Shown one piece after another: positions 44,837-58,042 of a DNA stretch of 64,000 bases. The stretch is from assembly GCA_951406725.2 (NCBI GenBank), contig OX597819.1:5952001-6016000 (forward strand), written 5' to 3'. The DNA comes from Octopus vulgaris (lineage: Eukaryota). The notes below the pieces were generated by a model, which had not been told where the DNA came from, did not search any database, and saw nothing but the letters and a program-made list of their open reading frames with translations. The translations under genes and the position numbers were made by a program. Within the stretch, counting starts at the first letter, position 1. The number at the start of each line of letters is the position of its first letter.

Positions 44837-47118
44837 AAGTTTCGGGTTATATTTTGTTATGGTTAGAAGCGAAAGTAATTCGAAAGTTAGATTTTTTTTC
44901 TTCCCTACTGTACGTAGAAAAAGAAAAAGAACGTTGATCTATGTATATTTGTCTTTCCAATTCTCTTATACTGATGTGATCAAAATATTAAACAATGTTT
45001 GTGGAAGTGATGGAAAAATAACCTCGCTAAAAATAGTAAAATATAACCTAATGGAATTTTGTTAAAATAGACATCTGAAATTGCTGCAGACCTCGTAGAT
45101 AGCCACTTGAAAAATTTATTCCGAAGAGGGAAACAGAAACTTTCTCTTGAACACTAAAGTTTAAAATAAAATACAGAAATCATTATTGAAATAAATAAAA
45201 TCTTTGTTTCTGTAGCCTAGAAGTACAATATATTGTTAATAATTTAACTTTAAGATACTGGAACTAAATATGTCACTGAAGTTTAAACTAGAAATGTTTA
45301 GTGGCTGCTCTTTTACACTGAGTCATGATTTTTTAAAATTGTGATTATCATTCATAATAGCTTGCGGTAAATGCTAGTTCCATAAGTACATATTTGTATC
45401 TAGGAGCCAACTAAATATTCCTATTCAGTTAAGTAAATATCTATAGTTGACATAGAAGTTTATGTCAAGTGTAACATCAATCTAAATGCAGAAAAAGATT
45501 AATAAAACTGCAATGAGAAAACAGAACACAGTTTTGAAATCAAATTCTTCCGGAATGTTCTTTTTATAACACTCAAAATAAAAAAAAGAATGAGACTGAA
45601 TTAAAATTATCTAAACATTTCGAAATGTATTTGTCATGAAATGGATCTTCTGAAACGGTGCAACAGGGTCGTTGATTAGTTGTTTACTGGCAAATCTAAG
45701 ATTTACAGGAAGTGTGAATTAGTATTCAATATCCATCTTATTTACAGGGGACATCCGCGACGCAAGGTAAATTAAACAGCAACTACAATGAACTGAAATC
45801 AAAACTTGACATGTTTGCATCTTTCTAGAAAATTCAGTATCTATCAAAAAGACTACCGATTTAGAAGGTACATGTAATATCTGTATCAGGCAAGTCGGAT
45901 GTGATGTTTTATTTGTCTATTAATGTGTCTCATTTTGCTGGCTTTTATTTTGAAGTCTTCTATTTCTAGTGGGGTGTCGTTTCCTATTAGATTCGAGCTT
46001 TGTTTGTGGTAAATATTACTGAATGCATAGCAAGCTACGAGTGCGTCTGTTAAGTGCGTCTACCCCGCTTTTTTGGAGTGTAATTAGGATATGAGGTTTT
46101 CTATATTATGATTGTAACAATTTTCCCCTCTATTTTTAGTCCTATAAGGGTTTTTTTAAAGTTCTATAGTGATCTAATGAAGCATTTTAAAAGTGTCTCT
46201 GTTACGTTTGCTACGTTTATTTATGGGTGGAAATTTCCATAAGTATTCTGTGTAGAGATGTGCTATTCCAAAGAGAGGAAACATCTTCTGGTTCTTGAGA
46301 TTTTGTTGTGGATCTTGTCATTGTTACTGATATTTCAATTGATTTCATCATGTTTTATCTATGAGAACATTTTGTCATTTGTACTGTCTGTATTTGTCCT
46401 AATATTTTGGAAGACATTTCCCACTTAAGAGATTTTAGGGTTTGATCGTATAGTGGCCAATTCCGCATGGTGTATGATGCGTGCTGTTAAAAATAAGTTG
46501 TTTCACAAACATATATCGTTCAATCAGCTTTTAAACCTGGAACACGACTTCATGTCTTCCACACTGTATTCAGAACTAACTAGTTTATCAATAGTAATAC
46601 ATTTATCTATGTTTTGAAAGCAGTAGAATAAAAATTTGAAAGAGATTGAGCTTTATTTATGCAGTTATAGATCTAGAGACATAGGAAGTTGTTGATAGAG
46701 ACGGACATTTAACAAATTGTGCTTCAATAGTAAATAAACAGTGTTGAAGCAATTTAGTTAATTTCTTGTGAACACATTGGTATCGATGCAAGGCTCTGGG
46801 AGACACAGGGAACGGAGAAAATAGGAAAAAATAGCACCTACAGAGAGGTAACTCACCTAACATCTTAGCTGTCATGCTAAAAAGATCCTGGCAAAGCACC
46901 AGTGAAGATTAAGCAGTATAAATTGAGGATGAGTTTATTGTGGAGAAGCCAGGAAGTGCTGGGTTCAAGTATAGGCAGATCAACAAAGAAATGTTTTAGA
47001 AATGATGGAGTGTCGTTTTGAGAAAAACACGATATACAAGTTACATTCTTTTACTTCTTCCATGCAGTTAACTGCATGTGTGTGAGAGTGTGTGGGTGTG
47101 TATGTGTGTGTGTGTGTT

Positions 47119-47168
<50 letters not shown>

Positions 47169-47214
47169 GATGTACATATATATGTATATACATACATAAA
47201 TGTATATATGTATG

Positions 47215-47251
<37 letters not shown>

Positions 47252-47264
47252 TCACACACACAGA

Positions 47265-47975
47265 CTTTATTAATAAAGCTGCAAAGACATCATGAAACTG
47301 TTACTCAGAGTTTCAGATCCCCGTTCGTTGGACAAAACTGTCCGACGATTGGGAGCGCGTCGACACTTTGTATTTTTGCCTTTCGGGCATGCGCATTATT
47401 TGCTTTTGATTTTGTCGACTATACAGTATAGTAGAGTTAGTTGGAGACCGTCTGTGCGAAAAACAGTACTATGACGCAGTTCACTCTGCCAGAAATTTGG
47501 AAACGATATGATGTACTGCTTAGTATTTGCGCCGGGAGCTCCAATACGAACATTTCAGAGTATATGGGTGTGAATCTGAGGAGAGTGCAATCTGAGGACA
47601 AGTACCGAGAGTGATAAAACTCAAACATACAGTCAACCTCATAGTGTTTGGATTAATCACTAGTGATGGCAACGTTAAACCTTAATAAATCGTCCCACAC
47701 CACCTCAGACTCAACACGGAGGCCTACATTTAGTGCTTGGAGGAGGTAGTGCTGCCCTGGGTCAAGAGGGTGGCTGCTGAAAGACCGTATGTATGGCAAC
47801 AGGACTCTGCACCATGCCAAACCTATCATCACTGTCAGACAATTTCTGCGGCCTCACCACCCCTACTCTTTAGTATTTCAAGATATTTTTATGTAATTTT
47901 GGTAAATATACCTGTTAAAATGAGATGTCTGTTATTTTCATTTTAGCGTAAATTAGACAATATATTCACTGCACC

Positions 47976-47980
<5 letters not shown>
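47265..47980 (+). mobile_element. Deleted Tc1/mariner-superfamily transposon
   Basis: CLEEVVLPWVKRVAAERPYVWQQDSAPC catalytic-domain fragment; right end ...ttcactgcaccctg-TA. Confidence 0.7.
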
Positions 47981-48016
<36 letters not shown>

Positions 48017-48170
48017 TGCATATATATATGTGTGTGTTTATATATTTGTATATATATATATATATATATATATATGCTTATAAATACATATATATATATG
48101 TGTGTGTGTACACACACATATTTTTCAATATACGTAGTAGAAGTTTGCATATATTTATGTAGATACATTT

Positions 48171-48204
<34 letters not shown>

Positions 48205-48221
48205 CATCTACTCGCAAACAA

Positions 48222-48267
<46 letters not shown>

Positions 48268-48935
48268 AGTGAGAGAAATAAGGACAAAGCACAAAGCTAT
48301 CGAGCGTCGTTGTGCAACAATGAAACTCGCGATAAGCCGAGCATGTGGTCTTGTTTTAGAAGGATATTTGAAGCTAATTCATTTCATTTATGTTACTTTT
48401 GCCTCTAGGAAATATTTGGCCATCTGACACTTCTTCACTCTTCGAAACGAATTTGATTTAGACTTAACGTTTTGTGCTTAAGGGAAGTATCATTATACGA
48501 TAAAATTGTCTTAATATATTTAAAAGCAACCATTTAACTCCAGAAAAGCAAATTTTCTCTCTCTCTAACACAAAAACACAGATTTACAAAAACTCAAACG
48601 CTCAAGCTTCACATACGCACAGACATATACACAAACGCACACTCACTCACACACACATACATACATACATACATACATACATACATACATACATACATAC
48701 ATACATACATGCATATAAGAGTGATAGGATAAATTGAACCAATAGAAAATGTATTGCAAAAATCTGGATTCCAATAAGTTTCTTCAAAATCTTCAATATT
48801 CATCGGTCATATGAGAAGTACTATTTTTACCAGAACCTTTGCTGAAGGTAATGGTATTAGTTTACCGTAATAATGTTATTGGTGAAATATCCGTTCATGA
48901 AATGTGTTTGATTCCATCTGCGTGTGTATCATCAT

Positions 48936-48973
<38 letters not shown>

Positions 48974-48975
48974 TT

Positions 48976-49006
<31 letters not shown>

Positions 49007-49011
49007 CATAC

Positions 49012-49555
49012 AACAAGGGCAAAAGAAAACATTTCTAATGCTAAATATGCCGAAACTAGGCACATCGTCTATAGCCATATAATTCATCACTATAAGCACG
49101 CGTCTCAAAGAAAGCCGACAAATTTGTAAAAAATTCTGTTATTACCATATCGCACCCGATTTCAGAGTTAATTCATAAGAACCTTCTCTTCGTCAGTGAT
49201 AGATGCGGCAAAGAAATAAATAAAATACTTATACCCATGGAAGAAGCAAACATTAAGTCATGAGCACAATTAAGTACCCCAAATATATCCAAAATAGAAA
49301 TTCTCCAGCCCATTCAAGACACGTGCGATTCGAACTGGAAACTCTCATAGAGTGAGAGAGTCCGGAAGTGAACACTATTAAATTTACATCTAATATAGGA
49401 TAAAATTTTTCGAAAAAATTTTATCAATGGCCAGCATATTAAAAAATACCTTTACCGGTTAAATTTATAAACAACTTATAAACAAGGGCAAGAGAAAAAA
49501 ATTTCTAATGCCAAATATGCCGAAACTAGACACATCGTCCATAACCATATAGTGA
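49012..49555 (-). mobile_element. Partial tandem pLTR-like unit (469-bp period) with decayed hammerhead at 49148-49201
   Basis: Direct repeats 49012-49081 and 49481-49551; CTGACGA agag..ctct GAAA on the minus strand. Confidence 0.65.
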
Positions 49556-49614
49556 AGAATGATTCTTCAAAAAATTTTATCGTATATTAGATATATATAT
49601 ATATATATATGTAT

Positions 49615-49656
<42 letters not shown>

Positions 49657-49659
<3 letters not shown>

Positions 49660-50010
49660 TAAGAGGGGATTTTTTAACCACTATCTGGAAACCCTTATGC
49701 TAGAAGAAGATCCGCTATGGTCTTAACCTCTAAGAATTGTTCTCCAGAAAATTTAGCACACCAGAAACGTAAGCGAGAAGACAAAGGAAAAGTAACAAAA
49801 ACATAGATTAATCATAAACAATTGAGGTTGAGACCATAGCTGATCTTCTTCTAGCATAAGGGTTTCCACACAGTGGTTACAAAATTCCATCTTATATTCA
49901 TGTATGAAATACTATTTACTGAATTTCATTTTTTTTTATATTCTAGACCACTGGTGTTAAAATTGATGTTATCAAATTGATATCCAATTTTTCATCCTCA
50001 TTTTGATTTT
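49657..50010. repeat. Imperfect fold-back (arms 49657-49730 / 49824-49898) plus PLE-type tail
   Basis: ggaaacccttatgctagaagaagatc.gctatggtct / agaccatagc.gatcttcttctagcataagggtttcc; tail resembles 57510-57607. Confidence 0.8.
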
Positions 50011-50081
50011 AGTTTCGTTTAGTATAGTTGCTTTGGTTTTGTTACTATGGCAACATTCTGGATACTTATTGATCAGAACTC

Positions 50082-50154
<73 letters not shown>

Positions 50155-50652
50155 TTTGTGTGTGTATGTATGTGTGCGTGTGCGTGTATGTGTATATATA
50201 TATATGTACATATATATATATATATATGTATATATTATGATGTATATGATATATGATATATAATAAATATATATCATATATCATATACGTGTATAGGGGA
50301 TGTATTTATAGGTGTGTGTGTGTGTGTGTGTATTGTGCATGTGTAGATTCTGCTTATAAATGTTTAGTAGTCGGTAATTTTCAGAATTACCTTGCTGATA
50401 AACCAATAGTATATAAATAAATGTACTTGGCCCCTTAAAGAAATCTTTTTATCCATTTGTATTGAAAGCGGTAATCATATGAGGTAATTTCCTGCTCCTT
50501 ATTTCACATCATTTCACAATTTTATATGAACTCTGAAAGTGAGTGAATGCACTCATAAATTACATTAAACAGATTAACTGTTTAATGTCGAAAGGAACAT
50601 AATTCAACGCCAGCTTTGAATAAAGATGATCTAACCCTCGATCAATACATGA

Positions 50653-51039
50653 GGTGGAGGCGCAATAGCCCAGTGGTTAGGGCAGCGGAATCGCGGTCGT
50701 AGGATCGCGGTTTCGATTCCCAGACCGGGCGTTGTGAGTGTTTATTGAGCAAAAACACCTAAAGCTCCACGAGGCTCCGGCAGGGATGGTGGTGATCCCT
50801 GCTGTACTCTTTCACCACAACTTTCTCTCACTCTTTCTTCCTGTTTCTGTTGTACCTGTATTTCAAAGGGCCGGCCTTGTCACTCTCTTTGTCACGCTGA
50901 ATATCCCCGAGAACTACGTTAAGGGTGCACGTGTCTGTGGAGTGCTCAGCCACTTACACGTTAATTTCACGAGCAGGCTGTTCCGTTGATTCGGATCAAC
51001 CGGAAACCTCGTCGTCGTAACCGATGGAGTGCTTCCACA
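50653..51039 (+). mobile_element. Full-length tRNA-derived SINE with 10-bp TSD
   Basis: A and B boxes; TSD caatacatga at 50643-50652 and 51040-51049. Confidence 0.9.
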
Positions 51040-52061
51040 CAATACATGAATTGAAAACTCAACATCTTCAGACAAACTTCTATATCATGCTGAAATATCT
51101 AAAAAATATATAAGTGATTTTGCATTCTACATAAAAAAATGTCAAAGTGATAGTTTTGCACATTTCTTTTTTGAAAATATTCTTTACCTGTTATTATGAT
51201 AATGAAGAAATTTTCTCAAGATCGACTCCAAGATTAATTACACAGTTATTATAAACTGGTGAGTAATTAAATGGTCTTAGCGGTACTGGATTTCTGGTGA
51301 AAACGATTGTATATAAATTAAAAAAAATTACTATGAAATAATTAGAATCACATACATACGCGCGCACAAGCGTCTACACGCACCCATATTTAAACAGAAT
51401 CTTTACATTTATGGGTACTATGTGTATCCCATAGTGTCAGGTTATTGCTACTAGGGTTACAGTAAGTTTTCCGCATATATATAATTTTTTTAAGCTCTAA
51501 TGTAGTCACTCGCCCTTTAAGAATTAGCCACCAAATTCCCTTAGAATTTAACTCTTACGTCTTTAAATGGTTACACTGAATAAATATAAAATCTAAACTA
51601 TGGTGGGATGTTAAAAATTCGATACGAGGAATACTTCTATTGCACTCACTGGTATCATCCAAAGAAAACGGGTACGAACTATTTTCCAGACGATGTCACA
51701 TGGAAAAAAATTACCTGACACTGAATATTACACGCAGTTATATTCGACAATTTGATCATGCTGTTTTCATATATTACACGAAACATTCTCATCGATCTTA
51801 AAGTGATGCATTGATTCTGATATGGTAAATAAATCAATATGATGCAAGTGTAATAAATAAATTTGTTAATGTATGATTTATTGTTATAATATCCATGGGA
51901 AGAGTCAACCAGACGCCGCCGAATTGGAAACAAAATACTATGTTAGAGGAGGGGAATTTGCCCCTACTGCAGCAGAACTTTGTGGCGTGTATAGAAGTTA
52001 AAAGAGTAAGAAGTACAAAAGAAACAAAAACAAAAAACAAAAACAATTATCATTTATATAA

Positions 52062-52460
52062 TGGAGTGGCTGTGTGGTAAGTAGCTTGCTAACCAACCAT
52101 ACTGTTCCGGGTTCAGTCCCACTGCGTGGCATCTTGGGCAAGTGTCTTCTGCTATAGCCCCGGGCCGACCAATGCCTTGTGAGTGGATTTGGTAGACGGA
52201 AGCTGAAAGAAGCCTGTCGTATATATGTATATATATATATATATATATGTGTGTGTTTGTTTGTGTGTCTGTGTTTGTCCCTAGCATTGCTTGACAACCG
52301 ATGCTGGTGTGTTTATGTCCCCGTTACTTAGCGGTTCGGCAAAAGAGACCGATAGTATAAGTACTGGGCTTACAAAAAGAATAAGTTCCGGGGTCGAGTT
52401 GCTCGATTAAAGGCGGTGCTCCAGCATGGCCGCAGTCAAATGACTGAAACAAGTAAAGAG
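52062..52460 (+). mobile_element. Full-length family-E tRNA-derived SINE with internal microsatellite
   Basis: ggagtggctgtgtggtaagtagc...gggttcagtccc head; tail ggcggtgctccagcatggcc.cagtcaaatgactgaaac. Confidence 0.9.
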
Positions 52461-53224
52461 TATTCATTCTACTTGCTCTCGATAGTTTCAAAAAAATTAT
52501 TAGTACTCGCAAATTTATAATTGAAATACAATACTGAAGATGGAAATAAGTGAGTAGAAATAAAAGTTTACACCTTTTTAATCTAGAAACGCGTATATAG
52601 TTGATCAAGGCCGGGTGAATTCGGTGGATTTTTTTCTCTTTACCTGCGTGAGTTGGGAGTATTGTTGTCTGGGAGATATTTTATGGTAGTGGAATAGTAT
52701 TTAACTGCTATTTCTAAATAGCAGGATTCTGGCAAACTTTCAAGATCCAAGGTCAGATTTATCATCAGATTGACTCTCGGCTACCTCTGTCAAATGAATC
52801 ACCAAATTCGGCCTTTCATTGTTTATAATCTGTACCTGGTTTTTATTTACGAAATAAGCGACGCAAAACGTGTTTTTGAATTACGTGTATTTACTTTATG
52901 TGCATATATAAGTAGAAAATTTTCTTTTAGTATTTCAATTAACGTCATGTTCCATGCTGGCTTGAGTAGAAGAGTTATTAATGTAGAAAGGTGATCTCTC
53001 AGCTACTACCAGTTGAAACGTGCGTAATCTTGACGACGTTTTTAAAGTTCATCATTCTCTTTAAGCCGGGCAATATCGAGTATTTACGCTAGTAATATAT
53101 ATAGATATATATATATATAGTTAATCCAAACAAGAAAACACAAAAAAAACAAAAAAATAACAACGCGAGGACGTGGAACAATTAAAGTATTATTGGACGC
53201 CCAGGAAAGAAGGGAAGAAGGAGG

Positions 53225-53259
53225 GTTTAACGTTTCGAGCGGAGCTCTTCGTCGGAAAC
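53225..53259 (-). ncRNA. Minimal type I hammerhead, U4C variant
   Basis: gttt CCGACGA a gagc tcc gctc GAAAC GTT aaac; loop-less palindromic stem III; in a pLTR-like piece ending at (TA)n near 53118. Confidence 0.7.
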
Positions 53260-53498
53260 ATAGGAGAAGGAAAGATCCCGAGAAGGGAAGACAGAGGAAA
53301 ATAAATCGCCAGCGGTACTCACGAGGTCAGGGTTAATTGCAACAAGTTGCTCAAAACCACATACAGAAAATATTAGAAATAACAGCCAAATAGATCACTA
53401 TTTCTCCTACTAATAAAAAGGTTTCCACAAACAAAGAGAATTTGTAACCCGTATATGGTAAAGAGAAAGAAAATAACGAAATCCCAGCCTATGGATTA

Positions 53499-53556
53499 AT
53501 TATAGACGAATCGTTTCTGGATTAGAACCGAAGGTTCATTTCCTTGTCAATATAAT
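53499..53556 (-). ncRNA. Type I hammerhead, U3-A8 variant
   Basis: attata TTGACAA gga..gaacc ttc ggttc..tcc a GAAAC gattc GTC|tataat; perfect 6-bp stem I. Confidence 0.75.
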
Positions 53557-53657
53557 ATTTCCTATAAATCTAGAAATGCTAGGAAAAAAACTCACCCGTT
53601 ACACCGGCTCGATCAAGTGACATTGAACGATTAATGTATAATATATAATATATTTTT

Positions 53658-53728
<71 letters not shown>

Positions 53729-54104
53729 CGAAGGCGGTTAGAAGCAATATAAAACCAAAAAGGTTAAATAATTGTGACTGACGTAGCAGGGAAGCGTCTA
53801 CAGTGCTAGGAATAAGAGGTAAAACCTTTTTAGCCGCAAAGTGCACATGTCTTTATACTGATAGGGGAGCTAACCACCCCACAACAAACGAGATCAGCAT
53901 GCTTGAATTCTAGTTTCGCTTGGATTTAAAGTTCTTCAGTGGGGTCTACTCCGTCGCTGAATGGCTTGGCCAAATAACCGACTGTCAGTATCTAGCGTTT
54001 ACCATATGAATCAATGGCGGATTGAGCAAAATGGTAATTTGAAAATTATAAAATAACGAAGGCCGCTATAAGCAATTTGAAAACAAAAAGGAAGAATTCA
54101 ATTG

Positions 54105-54290
54105 CTGCTAATTCTCGCAATACAAGAGGTCGCACACTCTCCTACCCTGATGTAATCTCCAGGGATACAGGCATCCAGCAACAGGACCTCCGTAATGCCA
54201 TGATGGACCGTGAAGTCTGGCGTAGCATGGTAAATTCCATTGTCTCGACCTCAGTCGAACAATGATGATGATGATGATGATGATGATGAT
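54105..54290 (+). mobile_element. RTE-type LINE 3' end with (GAT)n tail
   Basis: RGRTLSYPDVISRDTG...LRNAMMDREVWRSMV followed by tgatgatga. Confidence 0.8.
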
Positions 54291-54990
54291 GTATACATAT
54301 CACATAGAACACATCGAATAGATCTAGATCATATATATTAAGGCGATAATTTATGTCTACTCACATATAAGATTACATCCCCTGAACCGTGCCTGCCTCA
54401 CTTTGGTTGTAAATAAACTGAGGCTGGGCTGACGATAATCTATCACACTTTAATTAAATCTAATTCAATTTTGCTATGACATATGTATTTATATAATTAG
54501 TTAATAATGAATGGCACAAGAGCAAAGATTAAATAACCCACTTCACTATTATACAGCTGTTTCAAGTATCAAGAGCCGTGTACCTAGAGTTTAGTGACTG
54601 TGTGACATCTTATATAATTCTATGGGTCTGATGAAGCTGTAAGATGTCGCACTCGCACTAAACCCTGGCCTCACGGTTCCTTTCAGCAAAAACAAATGTA
54701 AGATACTGAAAACAATTATGCTCTTTTATTATACATTATTAATGAATATTACGCTATGTACTGATCTGGTTCATATAAGCGACCGGACTGGCCGGGCATC
54801 AATGAATTTACACCTCCTACCCTTTGGAGTTCTGTAATACTGTGAATTTTAAGTTTTAGTATATCAATAACCAGTGTACTAGCAACAGCTTAGCGGTATA
54901 TCGGTACTACTATAGCAAAGCAAAATTATACATATATACACATACATACATACGTACGCACATGCATTCATATACGTATATATATATATA

Positions 54991-55084
<94 letters not shown>

Positions 55085-55300
55085 AATAAGGATAATATCG
55101 ATATTTAAATATCGATATCATCAAGTGGCCAGCATGGGAAAAATACCATACAACGGTAATAATTTTTTACAACTAAAAATAAGGGTGTCTGAGAGACACC
55201 ACCATGCCGAAATAATAGTCAAATCCCTAGCAGTTTTTAGAGTCAGGGATTTGACTGCTATTTCGGCATGGTGGTGCCTCTCAGACACCCTTATTTTTAG

Positions 55301-55302
<2 letters not shown>
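55085..55302. repeat. Fold-back insert in (TA)n (58-bp arms 55171-55228 / 55245-55302) plus extension
   Basis: aactaaaaataagggtgtctgaga...aaatccct / agggattt...tctcagacacccttatttttagtt. Confidence 0.9.
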
Positions 55303-55350
<48 letters not shown>

Positions 55351-55939
55351 GCACACACACAGATACAGGCACACTTAAAGATATACGCCCCTGTGTGTAT
55401 TCTACTTAGTAAATAGGTTCTGAGTGGTGATGAGGTCGATATTGATGATTATGAGAAGGAGGAGGAGAAAGAGAAAAGCATGAAGATAATTCTAGACAAT
55501 AGTTTATTTTAAAATGTCTTTTAAAATTATGTTAAATATTGATAACAAAATTCATTCACGCGTTTTAATCAACGAACAATTAAGAACAATTACCAAAAAC
55601 ATGATTAACTTTGGTACGCAAACCTGGCTAGTAGTTCTTCTTGCTTTTATTTTAGTACTGCTAACAGCTGCACACATGCAGCTATGAGATGTAATTAATT
55701 CGTATAATTATATTAAATTACATTTTAATTGCATCGAATAAGCTACATCGTCAGAAATAATTGCTATTATCTCTAAATAAATAATTAAACAACATATAGA
55801 GGGTGGTTGATGTCGGTATTTGTAATGAGCTTGATGGTAGTGGTTGGTAGTTGTACAACTGCCATGGATTAAAGAAAACAAACAGATAATTATAATGTTA
55901 TGATAATAATGATGATGATAATCATAATAATAAATATAT

Positions 55940-55975
55940 AATTTAATAAATATAACAACAACAACAACAACAACC

Positions 55976-56006
<31 letters not shown>

Positions 56007-56083
56007 TAATAATAATAATAATAACAATAATAATAATAATGATAATAATAATAATAATAAAATGATAAATTACAACAACAACC

Positions 56084-56141
<58 letters not shown>

Positions 56142-56165
56142 TAATAATAATAATAATGATAAAAT
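55940..56165. repeat. (AAT)n/(AAC)n microsatellite
   Basis: Direct reading. Confidence 0.95.
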
Positions 56166-56422
56166 GATAAATTACATTAATGATAATTTAATCAGAGAAA
56201 AATATGACTGTAGTAAATGCTTTTTTGTTGGTTTTAAATATAATTCTAGCTCGGTTTTTAAATTATAAAACAAAAAGGTTTACAAAGAACAATTTGCATA
56301 GGGTGGGAAAATATAAATAAAGAAAAGCTAGAAAAAGGGGAAATATTTCCCCTCCCTCTGTTTGTATACATACATGCAAACGTACATACATACATACATA
56401 CATACATACATACATACATACA

Positions 56423-56454
<32 letters not shown>

Positions 56455-56494
56455 CACACATATTTATATGTGCCTGCATATATGTATATATGTA

Positions 56495-56540
<46 letters not shown>

Positions 56541-56690
56541 TATACATATATGTGAATATAATCAAAAGGGTAATAATATAGATTACTACCAGTGGCCCAG
56601 CACAAAGGACGAATTAGTCATTAGACAAAATATTATTCATATAGAAATATAATTAAGGGCTCCTAAATAAGGCTGCCAAGTGCTAGGGAC

Positions 56691-56744
<54 letters not shown>

Positions 56745-56745
56745 G

Positions 56746-57073
56746 TAAAGACCCCCTTCGGTCATGAATGACCATGGGATTGCACCTAGAAAGTTACCCT
56801 CCGAGGCACAAGTCTGGGCAAGGTTGTTTATGGAAGACCAGCAGTCGCCCATGCATACCAGCCTCCCCTCTCCACACCACCAGTGTTATCCAAGGGAAAG
56901 ACAAAGGTCGATACAGCTTGGCACCAGTGACGTCGCAACTCATTTCTACAGCTGAGTGAACTGGAGCAACGTGAAATAAAGTGCCTTGCTCAAGAACACA
57001 ACACGCAGCCCGGTCCGGGATTCGAGCTCACAACCTCACGATCGTAAGCTCGACGCTCTAACCACTGAGCCAT
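56746..57073 (-). mobile_element. tRNA-derived SINE (family A)
   Basis: Near-identical to 489-825. Confidence 0.88.
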
Positions 57074-57095
57074 ATATATATATATATATATATAT

Positions 57096-57992
57096 AATTA
57101 TAAATGAGGGTGAAAAATCGATATTAATTTAATAATACCATTAATTTAACACCAAGTGGCTTAGCACAAAAAACTACGGAGAAAATACAAATTTATACAT
57201 AAATTATTAGAGAGTTATCCACTATGTGGATAACTCTAGTGCTAAAAATAGCTCCGAAGCAACCACAGAAGAACAGTTTCCAACTAGAATCAACATACAT
57301 TTGACGGAGGGAAAGTGAAATACAACGAATAAAATAGATTGACTCTATACAATTGTTTCATTACTAATGTAATATGTAGTTTTACTTACACTCACATCTA
57401 TAAATCTTCGGTAGAGTTTGTCAGAAATGCAATTAATTAGATCGATTCGAGCGTCAAAAACACGAGCGGTCCAACCAATTACATTTTTAGTTATGTCTCA
57501 AATTCCGCGAAATTTGTATTTTCTCCGTAGTTTTTTGTGCTAAGCCACTTGGTGTTAAATTAATGGTATTATTAAATTAATATCGATTTTTCACCCTCAT
57601 TTATAATTTTATAAATTTAACTACGCGGCAGTCAATATTTTATTTGATGCGGCATACGTTTCCAATGGAGTCTAGGCATGTTTTTGGCGCGGAATTTGAG
57701 ACATAACTAAAAATGTAATTGGTTGAACCGCTCGTGTTTTTGACGCTCGAATCGATCTAATTAATTGCATTTCTGACAAACTCTACCGAAGATTTATAGA
57801 TGTGAGTGTAAGTAAAACTACATATTACATTAGTAATGAAACAATTGTATAGAGTCAATCTATTTTATTCGTTGTATTTCACTTTCCCTCCGTCAAATGT
57901 ATGTTGATTCTAGTTGGAAACTGTTCTTCTGTGGTTGCTTCGGAGCTATTTTTAGCACTAGAGTTATCCACATAGTGGATAACTCTCTAATA

Positions 57993-57998
<6 letters not shown>
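57096..57998. repeat. Double fold-back pLTR insert (A' B' A C B) in (TA)n with two hammerheads
   Basis: 57096-57194 = rc of 57510-57607; 57199-57509 = rc of 57688-57998. Confidence 0.92.
57780..57855 (+). ncRNA. Type I hammerhead, U4C variant; mirror copy at 57342-57417 (-)
   Basis: actcta CCGAAGA [imperfect long stem II] GAAAC aatt GTA|tagagt; palindromic ACAATTGT. Confidence 0.75.

Positions 57999-58042
<44 letters not shown>

Noticed and set aside
45880-46470. Possible very old LINE remnant on the minus strand (NWPLY...L...W)
   Set aside because: Too decayed to support by eye; needs tblastn or HMM search
52725-52775. Minus-strand CTGATGA...GAAA candidate
   Set aside because: No stem I or convincing cleavage triplet
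57211-57237. TTATCCAC DnaA-box-like inverted pair
   Set aside because: Part of a hairpin inside a eukaryotic repeat; no bacterial context
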